Shown here one piece after another: positions 1 to 7,413 of a stretch of 57,307 bases of DNA (position 1 is its first letter; each line of letters begins with the position of its first letter). Position numbers and translations under genes: made by a program. The stretch lies in contig CAYIMB010000003.1 in NCBI GenBank assembly GCA_964364425.1, positions 1-57,307 on the forward strand, in the 5' to 3' direction. The DNA is from an uncultured Gammaproteobacteria bacterium (lineage in GTDB: Bacteria > Patescibacteriota > Patescibacteriia > UBA9570 > JBBTWU01). The notes beneath the pieces were generated by a model that was not told the DNA's origin, did no database searches, and saw nothing but the letters and a program-made list of their open reading frames with translations.

Positions 1-27
1 GTGCCACATCATTTGTTTTGGAAATAG

Positions 28-645
28 GTGCGAGTTTGGTACAATAGAGACACCAATATCAAACCTTCCACAGCAATTAGTAACAAAACCATCCTCGCCT
101 ATGTTATTGGTGCCGCTTTAGGTGATGGCAATTTGAGTAGGCCAAACGGCCGTTGTACCAGATTACGAATCACCTGTGATCTGCAATACCCACGTTTAAT
201 ACAAAGGATTCAAGATTCAATCCAAATATTATTACCACAGAATACCTCCCAGATTGTGCAGCGGTACAGGTACAACTGTGTTGACGTATCTTCTTACTCA
301 AATTGGTGGGAGGAGTGGTTGGGGTGGAGGGTCGAACATGGATCAAAGGCGAAGCAGAAAGTCAAAGTACCGGATTGGATCAAGCTAAATAAGAAATACA
401 CAAGAGCTTGCCTCAAAGGGTTAATAGAAACTGATGGTTCAGTTTATCTTGACCGAGGTTATAAGATGGTTAATTTCACATCAACCATTCCTTACTTAGC
501 TCAGGATACGTTACACATGATTTTATCTTTAGGTTTTAGGCCACATATGTATAAAATTCGGTATCTCAAAACGCATAAATATGTTATTCGCATTTCAAAA
601 GACGTTGATCAATTTATTCAAGAGATAGGCATAGATAAATCTTGA
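28..645 (+). CDS. LAGLIDADG-family homing endonuclease (two-motif type)
   Basis: Two LAGLIDADG-like motifs, LAYVIGAALGDG and CLKGLIETDGS; basic protein; start codon uncertain. Confidence 0.85.
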   Translation: MRVWYNRDTNIKPSTAISNKTILAYVIGAALGDGNLSRPNGRCTRLRITCDLQYPRLIQRIQDSIQILLPQNTSQIVQRYRYNCVDVSSYSNWWEEWLGWRVEHGSKAKQKVKVPDWIKLNKKYTRACLKGLIETDGSVYLDRGYKMVNFTSTIPYLAQDTLHMILSLGFRPHMYKIRYLKTHKYVIRISKDVDQFIQEIGIDKS

Positions 646-681
646 TGGGGGATGTGCCTTGAGTAAATCGGACTTACAAAA

Positions 682-726
682 GAAGTAGCGCCCCATCAAT
701 TAAGACGAGGCGCTCTTCAAGGTGCA
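682..726 (-). terminator. TGCACCTTGAA motif plus terminator-like hairpin downstream of 730..1545
   Basis: Minus strand reads TGCACCTT-GAAGAGCGCC...GGCGCTACTTC-TTTT. Confidence 0.65.
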
Positions 727-729
727 AGG

Positions 730-1545
730 CTATTTTTCCTGGTGATCTTCCATGATCTTGTCCATCACGGCGAAGTGCCTGTTCAGGTCTTCAAAGCAGG
801 CAGCCTGTTCCACCCGGGGGCACCGCACGCGGTCGAAGCGGATCAGGAGTGTTGCGCCGGGGAGACGCCAGGCGTCCCACACCGTGTGCACCGGCCGGTT
901 GAACGAGACGGTGCAGCGGATCCAGCTCGCCAGGGGTAGGGCTTGCACCAGCGCGTGTGTTCCGCGCCCCCGGACCGGCATGGTGAAACGGTGTCGGCCA
1001 AACAGGTGCAGCCGACCACGATCCCCCACCTCCTTCCAGGCCGCCTTGTGGCGCGCGGGAGTGAAGCGGTTTTCGTCTGAGAAGATGGTGAGCACACTCC
1101 GGTACGGCAGGTCCTCCACGGCCTGGTGCAGTTCTTTTACCGCCACAGCACCCACCTCACGGTTGATGATGGTGCCGCCAATCCCTTTGAACCCCCGCAC
1201 CATGGGGTGTGAAGAGCGCGCCACCGGAGAGAAGAAATACCCGCTGAACACTTGGTTCACCGCGTAGACCCACTCGGACAGCGCCGGCGTGGGTGGGTGG
1301 TTGCCAAACACCACACAGACCTCGTTGGGCGCCATTCCCTCACCGTTGAACTCCATCTTGAGCCTGGCCCCCAGGATGCCCCGGTAGATCAGCCAGTGGG
1401 CCACTAAGGCCCAGCCCTTGGCCGGCCAGTTGGGTCGGTGTCCGGTCAGCAGCGGAGTCATGACCGCCAGGGTGAACCAGAAGCTGGTGTTGAGTAGCCC
1501 GACCAGGATGGCCAAGCCAGCGCGCAGGATGTTGATGATGAGCAT
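730..1545 (-). CDS. Divergent PlsC/lysophospholipid acyltransferase-like membrane protein (GC-rich solo gene)
   Basis: N-terminal TM helices; FGNH motif; IFSDENRFT resembles FPEGTRFT; GGAGGT RBS. Confidence 0.6.
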   Translation of the reverse strand: MLIINILRAGLAILVGLLNTSFWFTLAVMTPLLTGHRPNWPAKGWALVAHWLIYRGILGARLKMEFNGEGMAPNEVCVVFGNHPPTPALSEWVYAVNQVFSGYFFSPVARSSHPMVRGFKGIGGTIINREVGAVAVKELHQAVEDLPYRSVLTIFSDENRFTPARHKAAWKEVGDRGRLHLFGRHRFTMPVRGRGTHALVQALPLASWIRCTVSFNRPVHTVWDAWRLPGATLLIRFDRVRCPRVEQAACFEDLNRHFAVMDKIMEDHQEK

Positions 1546-1563
1546 GGGAAACCTCCGGAGGCT

Positions 1564-1593
1564 ATCTAAGCACTCCGTTCACGGGTATGTCAA
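1564..1593 (-). promoter_or_regulatory. Sigma70-type promoter of 730..1545
   Basis: TTGACA-18 bp-TTAGAT on the minus strand, followed by GGAGGT and ATG. Confidence 0.5.
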
Positions 1594-1718
1594 AACCCTT
1601 ATGAAAGTCGATTTTCACGTTGACTACACATTTTCATATATGGTCAGAGCACCACTACGACAGCGGCATTCCGCCGCGTGATTCGTTATCCTTGCAGGCA
1701 ACTGCACTAGGAGGTCCA

Positions 1719-2090
1719 TTGGAACCCATTCCGATTCTCAAGTCCCTGGCCAACACCCGGTCGCAGATCACGCTGTTCAGCGTGGCGTTCTTCCTCTTCT
1801 ACTTTGGTCAGAAGATGGGGAACAACTTTGAAGGGGTCAGCAAGATCCCGGTGCGCGAGACGTTCAACACCGTCTTCGGACTGTCGGCTGCGGACGCCGG
1901 CGCTCTGCTCACCTCCATCTCAGTGGGCTGGTACATCAAGGCTCTGCTGGGAACGGTGACGGACGGCCTGCTGCTGTTTGGCTACCGGCGTAAGTCCTGG
2001 CTGCTCATCTCCAACCTGGGCGCCACGGCGGCCTGGTTCTGGCTGGCGTCCGTTGACCCTTTGGGGAAGATGTCCGCTACTGTTCGTTTT
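1719..2090 (+). pseudogene. 5' fragment of a folate-biopterin (BT1/FBT) MFS transporter, open in frame into parA
   Basis: GGAGGT RBS plus TTG start; WYIKALLGTVTDGLLLFGYRRKSWL matches the FBT-family PWxIKPxxGxxSDxxxxFGYRRxxY motif; only about 3 TM helices before composition switches. Confidence 0.6.
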
Positions 2091-2123
2091 GAAAATCGAA
2101 CTAAAAATGGTAGAGTGTGGCGC

Positions 2124-2897
2124 ATGGGAAGAGTTATTGCGGTGGTCAATCAAAAAGGCGGTGTGGGGAAAACCACCACCGCGGTCAATTTAGCGAGCTG
2201 GCTGGCGCGCAAAGGAAAATTTGTCCTGATGGTAGACATGGACCCACAAGCCAACGCCACCAGTGGATTTGGGATAGAACATGAACAAGTGCCGCGTTCG
2301 GTGTATGACGTGCTAGTGGGGCAAGCGGCTATGCGTGATGCGGTTATGGATACGCTCATAGAAGGTTTGCGTCTGGTGCCAGCCAAACAAGATTTGGCCG
2401 GCGCCACGGTTGAACTAGTGCCGGTGGAACACAGAGAATATCGTTTAAAACAAGCGGTGGCAGAAGTCTCAAGCCAATATGATTATGTGTTTATAGATTG
2501 CCCGCCGTCACTGGGACTACTCACCATTAATAGCTTGGTGGCCTCCAAGGAGGTGTTAATTCCTGTGCAATGCGAGTATTATGCCTTGGAAGGATTAGGA
2601 CAGCTGTTGTCTACAGTTGAGCTAGTCCGTGAGCATCTTCATCCGGAATTACAGATTTTAGGCGCGGTGCTCACCATGTATGACCGGCGCAATAATTTAT
2701 CAGATGAGGTATTAAAACAGATTCATCAATTTTTCCCGAACAAGGTGTTTCGCTCCGTGATTCCACGCAATGTGAAATTGGCTGAAGCGCCGTCACATGG
2801 CAAACCAATTAGCGAATATGACCCAGGCTCTAAGGGCGGCCGGGCGTATGAAACTTTAGCCCAAGAAATTATTGAAGGAGAACAACCATGGTACTAG
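2124..2897 (+). CDS. parA: Chromosome partitioning ATPase ParA/Soj
   Basis: NQKGGVGKTT deviant Walker A, DMDPQAN, IDCPP, LAEAPSHG; probable start ATG 2124. Confidence 0.95.
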   Translation: MGRVIAVVNQKGGVGKTTTAVNLASWLARKGKFVLMVDMDPQANATSGFGIEHEQVPRSVYDVLVGQAAMRDAVMDTLIEGLRLVPAKQDLAGATVELVPVEHREYRLKQAVAEVSSQYDYVFIDCPPSLGLLTINSLVASKEVLIPVQCEYYALEGLGQLLSTVELVREHLHPELQILGAVLTMYDRRNNLSDEVLKQIHQFFPNKVFRSVIPRNVKLAEAPSHGKPISEYDPGSKGGRAYETLAQEIIEGEQPWY

Positions 2898-3745
2898 GCA
2901 GAGGATTAGGCTCGTTAATTCCACCCCGCTCGGGATTTGGGAATATTCGTTCCCAAGAGCTGGCCAGTCCTGCAGTCCGGGATCAAGTGAAGTTTGTCCC
3001 GGTGACGCAGATAGTTCCTAACCCGCAACAACCGCGGCATGTGTTTGTAGCGGAATCTTTAGATGAGTTGGCGGCCAGTATTAAAGCCCATGGTGTGCTG
3101 CAGCCGTTGTTGGTGACGGAAGTGAAGCCAGGCGAGTATCAGTTGATTGCTGGTGAGCGGCGTCTACGTGCTTCTAAAATAGCAGGACTGGAGTCTGTTC
3201 CGGTGATTGTCAAAGACGTGAGTGAATTGGAGAAGCTGGAGTTGGCGGTAATTGAGAACATTCAGCGGTCTGACTTAAACCCTATAGAACGAGCTGAAGC
3301 CTATAATAAACTACTTCATGAGTTTGGAGTGAGTCAGGCAGACGCAGCTAAGCGACTTGGTATCAGTCGTCCACAACTGGCCAACAGCATTCGTTTGCTG
3401 CAACTTTCGACAGAAATTCAAACAGCATTATCTGAAGGAAAAATTACGGAAGGACATGCTAAGGTGTTATTAGGCTTGGACACGGTAGAAGAACAACTCC
3501 GCCTATTTAATGCCATTTTAAATGACAGATTGACGGTGCGTGATACGGAACAGCGCGTGTCTGTCACGGTGTCCAAACCAAAGCGCAGTCAATTTGTTAG
3601 CCCACGTATCTCTGGTTTAGAAGATGCCTTGCGCGAATCTTTAGGTACCAAAGTCAAAATTCAGCACCGCGGTGGGAAAGGCACTATTTTGGTTGAATAT
3701 TATTCTGATGAGGAATTAGACCGGCTGGTGAAAAAGTTAACCTAA
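2888..3745 (+). CDS. parB: ParB/Spo0J partitioning protein
   Basis: LGRGL N-terminus, GERRLRA, ENIQR, HTH SRPQLANSIRLL. Confidence 0.95.
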   Translation: MVLGRGLGSLIPPRSGFGNIRSQELASPAVRDQVKFVPVTQIVPNPQQPRHVFVAESLDELAASIKAHGVLQPLLVTEVKPGEYQLIAGERRLRASKIAGLESVPVIVKDVSELEKLELAVIENIQRSDLNPIERAEAYNKLLHEFGVSQADAAKRLGISRPQLANSIRLLQLSTEIQTALSEGKITEGHAKVLLGLDTVEEQLRLFNAILNDRLTVRDTEQRVSVTVSKPKRSQFVSPRISGLEDALRESLGTKVKIQHRGGKGTILVEYYSDEELDRLVKKLT

Positions 3746-3748
3746 GAT

Positions 3749-5359
3749 ATGGCCAAACGGAGGGTGAAAAAAGTAGCTCGTGCATCTGTTGCGCACGCGC
3801 CTGTGGTTGGAACGAATTGGTTAAGTTGGTTTTTGTTGGTTGGAGTTGGCCTGGCCATGTTAGGGGTGACAGGCGCTAATTTTATTTCAAGTGAACTCAC
3901 AAAAACAATTCTGCTCACTTGGGTGATAGTGTTTGGGTTGGTGTCTTGGTTCAGTTTGTTGTTGTCCCGCGGGGCAGTCAGTTGGAGCTGGCATTGGTTG
4001 GATTTGGCGGTGTTGTTTTGGTTTGGAGTGAATGTGGCCGCGGCTTTGCATTCAGATTTACCCCGAGTAAGTGTCTGGGGTTTTGGTGATTTATACGGAG
4101 ATGGCTTGATGGCCGCTACAGCAGCTGTTGTGCTGTTTGTGTTGATGGTGAATATTCCAGGTCGATTTTCTCTCAAACACTGGCTGTGGTTGGTTGCCGC
4201 ACTTGGCGCCCTTGGTAGCTTAGGAGTATGGATTACCACTGTGAGTCCAGTTACCGTAAGTTTTATTTCCCGCCTGGCTAGTCAAACAGGGGTCTTTTTA
4301 GCGGTGTGTGTTCCGGTGGTTTTGTCTCTACGACTTAGCTTGCAATGGGCCTGGGAACGCTGGGTAAGTATGGGCGTGTTAGTTCTGTGTATGACCGCGC
4401 TGATTTTCTTGGACCAGTCCCAGGCTTGGTGGGTATTATTGGTGGGATTAGCCATTTGGTTACTGGGTCAACGGCTCATTACCTCAACTCAGCTAGTGCA
4501 AAAATCTATGCTGGTTGCTGGGTTGATGGCCTTTGCAGTTATTAGTTTATCCTTAGAGGTAGGGGTTTTCCAAACCGACATCTTTTTATCTACCGCTGAC
4601 ACTTGGCAACTCATTGCACAACAGTTGCATAACCCAGGACTGGGAGTTGGACAACAAAATTTTGTATTGTTATCTGCCGCACAGAACCCAACTGCTACAG
4701 CTTTTGTCACATTGGCCAGTTCATCTGTGCTGTCATGGTTGGTGGGATTGGGTATCATTGGAGTAGTTGCCTGGGGTTCCGTTGTTGGATGTATGTTGTG
4801 GTGCTTGTTGAAAGAGTGGCGTCGCACCAATCCAACTCAGGAACAATGGGGAGCTTTTTCAGCTTGGGTAGCTGTAGTTGTTGCCGCTTTTATTTTGCCT
4901 GTAGGTCTTGCTAGCCTGGTGCTGTTCTGGGTACTTCTGGCTGCCTTACACCGTTCTCTGTGGTCACCGGCTGATTGGTCTATCAAATCTGAGCGTCTGA
5001 TCACCACGTTTTCTATGCTCGCACTGGCTGTTTCAGCAGTTTTCTTACTCTTCTCACTTTGGGTTGGTGGGCGCTTACTCCTGGCTCAGTATCACTACTG
5101 GACAGCCCAAGAGTTATATGCCCAGGGGACGGACGCAGCAGAAGTAAAAATTGAGTTGCAGGCCGCGCAACGGCTGGCTCCTCAGGCAGCGGAATATAAT
5201 TTTGCTTTGGCTGAGTTGTTGTTGATTCAGGAAGAGGCTACGCCGCAAGGGCTGATAGAACCAATTCAAAATCTTATTCGTGAGGGCTTACGTACGGCGC
5301 CGTATCAACTCCAGTGGAAAAATATTTTGGAACAACTTACCCAATCAACGGAGGAGTAG
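3749..5359 (+). CDS. Polytopic membrane protein, O-antigen-ligase-like, with C-terminal TPR-like helices
   Basis: About 12 hydrophobic segments; GLGVGQQNF loop; helical C-terminus. Confidence 0.5.
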   Translation: MAKRRVKKVARASVAHAPVVGTNWLSWFLLVGVGLAMLGVTGANFISSELTKTILLTWVIVFGLVSWFSLLLSRGAVSWSWHWLDLAVLFWFGVNVAAALHSDLPRVSVWGFGDLYGDGLMAATAAVVLFVLMVNIPGRFSLKHWLWLVAALGALGSLGVWITTVSPVTVSFISRLASQTGVFLAVCVPVVLSLRLSLQWAWERWVSMGVLVLCMTALIFLDQSQAWWVLLVGLAIWLLGQRLITSTQLVQKSMLVAGLMAFAVISLSLEVGVFQTDIFLSTADTWQLIAQQLHNPGLGVGQQNFVLLSAAQNPTATAFVTLASSSVLSWLVGLGIIGVVAWGSVVGCMLWCLLKEWRRTNPTQEQWGAFSAWVAVVVAAFILPVGLASLVLFWVLLAALHRSLWSPADWSIKSERLITTFSMLALAVSAVFLLFSLWVGGRLLLAQYHYWTAQELYAQGTDAAEVKIELQAAQRLAPQAAEYNFALAELLLIQEEATPQGLIEPIQNLIREGLRTAPYQLQWKNILEQLTQSTEE

Positions 5360-6815
5360 ACGGAAGTTGACGTTTGTTCACGTACTCTTTGATTCGTTCT
5401 CGGGCTGAAGAAGTTTTGACAAATTCTAGCCAGTCAGGGTTTGGTCCTTTGCGATTTTTATCTGTGAATACTTCAACCATATCACCGCTGCGTAGTTTTG
5501 TGTTTAAACTGGCAATTTGATCATTTACTTTTGAGCCAACGCATTTGTCACCCAGGTCAGTGTGAATACGATAGGCAAAGTCCACAGGCGTAGCATCTTC
5601 TGGTAGCTCAATCACGTCGCCGATTGGTGTGAACACAAAAATTTGATTAGGAAAGATATCTATTTTCAAGGAATCCAAATAATCCTGCTCCGTCTCAGCG
5701 TGCTTTTGAATATCTAGAAGCTGTTGCAACCAGTTGTACTTTTGTCGGTCCATGTCTGACAAGGCATGCCTTTCCTTATACAGCCAATGAGCGGCAATTC
5801 CGTACTCATCTTCTTCGTGCATGTCTTTGGTTCGGATTTGTATTTCAACAATTTCTCCCTTGGGGCTGAATACCGTGGTGTGGATGGATTGGTAGCCGTT
5901 GGGTTTAGGCGAGGCAATATAATCCTTGATTCGTCCTTTCAGCGGATGACAAATTTCATGCACAATGCCTAAGGCTTCGTAACAGTCCACCACATCTTCC
6001 ACCATAATCCGAATAGCCACCAGGTCGTAGATTTTTCCTACGTCGCGGTTATGCCGTAGCAACTTTTGATACAAACTAAACAAATGCTTGGCCCGCCCGT
6101 GAATATCGGCCTTGAGCCCATGCTTGTCCATCTCTACGCGCATAATTGCAATCATTTCATCTACCACACGTTTTTTCTCTTCAAAGCGTGGTTTTACTTT
6201 TCTGATCAGCCATTTATATTCATCAGGAAAAACGTAGGGAAAAGACAAGTCTTCTATCAAACCTTTCACTTCACCCATGCCGAGCCGGTTGGCTATTGGG
6301 GCGAAAATTTCCATGGACTCCATGGCAATGCGTTTTTGTTTTTCTGGGGGGAGTGCGGCTAGCGTGCGCAAGTTGTGAATCCGGTCGCAGAATTTGATCA
6401 CAATAGTACGAATATCCTGCGCCATGGCAATAAACATTTTGCGCAGATTCTCCACGTACTGATCATTTCCACGGTATTTGAGTTTTCCTAATTTAGTGAT
6501 TCCTTCCACCATGAAACGAATCTCATGTCCAAATTCTTTTTCTATATCCTCAAGTGTTTTGTCTGTATCTTCTGGGACGTCATGCAGGAGACCGGCAGCA
6601 ATGGCTTCATCATCCATGTGTAAGTCTGCTAGTAAGTCCGCCGTAGCCATGGGATGGATAATGTAGGGATCACCGGATTTTCTGAGTTGGTCACCGTGCG
6701 CTGCGTAGGCAAATTCAAACGCCCGTTTGATTAATTCCAAATTCGCTTTAGGATTACTGCCCGCAATTTTATTGAGTAGCGGTTGAATTTCGATTTTCAT
6801 TTTCGGTGGAGTCAT
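5337..6815 (-). CDS. rel: RelA/SpoT homolog (HD, synthetase and TGS domains; no ACT)
   Basis: RKSGDPYIIHP, LLHDVPED, KPNGYQSIHT, AAHWLYK, TPVDFAYRIH. Confidence 0.93.
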   Translation of the reverse strand: MTPPKMKIEIQPLLNKIAGSNPKANLELIKRAFEFAYAAHGDQLRKSGDPYIIHPMATADLLADLHMDDEAIAAGLLHDVPEDTDKTLEDIEKEFGHEIRFMVEGITKLGKLKYRGNDQYVENLRKMFIAMAQDIRTIVIKFCDRIHNLRTLAALPPEKQKRIAMESMEIFAPIANRLGMGEVKGLIEDLSFPYVFPDEYKWLIRKVKPRFEEKKRVVDEMIAIMRVEMDKHGLKADIHGRAKHLFSLYQKLLRHNRDVGKIYDLVAIRIMVEDVVDCYEALGIVHEICHPLKGRIKDYIASPKPNGYQSIHTTVFSPKGEIVEIQIRTKDMHEEDEYGIAAHWLYKERHALSDMDRQKYNWLQQLLDIQKHAETEQDYLDSLKIDIFPNQIFVFTPIGDVIELPEDATPVDFAYRIHTDLGDKCVGSKVNDQIASLNTKLRSGDMVEVFTDKNRKGPNPDWLEFVKTSSARERIKEYVNKRQLPSTPPLIG

Positions 6816-6865
6816 GTGGGTAATTGTTAGGCCTAGTGCTGTATTCCGTCAATGGCCGTTAAACG

Positions 6866-6921
6866 GAAGCAGCGCGACGAATCTCTGTGGTTAGAGACGC
6901 GTCGCGCTGGGTGAAGGTGCG
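6866..6921 (-). terminator. CGCACCTTCAC motif plus GC-rich hairpin downstream of 6953..7291
   Basis: CAGCGCGACG...CGTCGCGCTG 10-bp stem with inner TCTCT/AGAGA stem. Confidence 0.6.
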
Positions 6922-6952
6922 GTGACGGACGGCGGGCTGGGTCCTGATCAGG

Positions 6953-7291
6953 TCACGGGGCGCCGGGCGCCTTGTGCCAGTTGATGAAGGCCTCCAGCTC
7001 GTCCGGGGCCTTGTTGTTGCCGGTCATCTGGTCGTGGATGACTTTGGACCAGTCGACCTGCTTGCCGCAGACGAGCAGGATGAAGGTGGCCGTGGCGGAG
7101 CCCAGGGTGGTGAAGTTCACCACCACCCGACCGGCGGGAAGCCAGACCGCTACCTCGCTGACGGCCTGGTCCTGGTCGTTGTAGATGGAGGGGTCTTCGC
7201 CGTGTTCGGCGGGGACCAGGGTGATGCGCGTGCCGCGGATGCGGAGCGCGAAGACGGGATCACGGGCGAGTAGAGACAGAAGCCTGGACAA
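6953..7291 (-). CDS. Hypothetical protein (GC-rich solo gene)
   Basis: High-GC3 codons, own promoter, AAGGGG RBS, TTG start, downstream hairpin. Confidence 0.65.
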   Translation of the reverse strand: MSRLLSLLARDPVFALRIRGTRITLVPAEHGEDPSIYNDQDQAVSEVAVWLPAGRVVVNFTTLGSATATFILLVCGKQVDWSKVIHDQMTGNNKAPDELEAFINWHKAPGAP

Positions 7292-7309
7292 ACCCCTTGA
7301 GGTGGCGCC

Positions 7310-7338
7310 ACTGTAAAGAAGACCGCCTGAGATGTCAA
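7310..7338 (-). promoter_or_regulatory. Sigma70-type promoter of 6953..7291
   Basis: TTGACA-17 bp-TACAGT. Confidence 0.7.
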
Positions 7339-7356
7339 TTTTATAAAAATAAGACC

Positions 7357-7392
7357 TGTGGAAAAGTTCTGCGTGCGCGGGGGTTATCCACA
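7357..7392. promoter_or_regulatory. Inverted pair of DnaA-box-like 9-mers
   Basis: TGTGGAAAA (7357-7365) and perfect TTATCCACA (7384-7392). Confidence 0.45.
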
Positions 7393-7413
7393 GACCGCGC
7401 TTCTCTATTAAAA

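Noticed and set aside
642-699. TTGATGGGG/CCCCATCAA inverted repeat as an RNA gene or intron end
   Set aside because: No tRNA, RNase P or group I core motifs recognised; overlaps the terminator-like hairpin of the next gene.
742-1267. Long alternative-frame ORFs over GC-rich genes (also 12837..13370, 13015..13509, 53249..53737, 53292..53987)
   Set aside because: Shadow ORFs expected from stop-codon scarcity in GC-rich DNA; RBS, promoter and hairpin support the called frames.
1620-2897. A single 425-aa ParA as given by the ORF track
   Set aside because: Composition shift, a separate RBS and parA's own promoter indicate an MFS fragment plus a normal parA.
5337-6815. Short RSH lacking the ACT domain as a novelty
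   Set aside because: C-terminally reduced RSH proteins are common in reduced genomes; catalytic motifs look ordinary.
7340-7400. Replication origin
   Set aside because: Only two DnaA boxes in a short spacer, and no dnaA/dnaN in the window.
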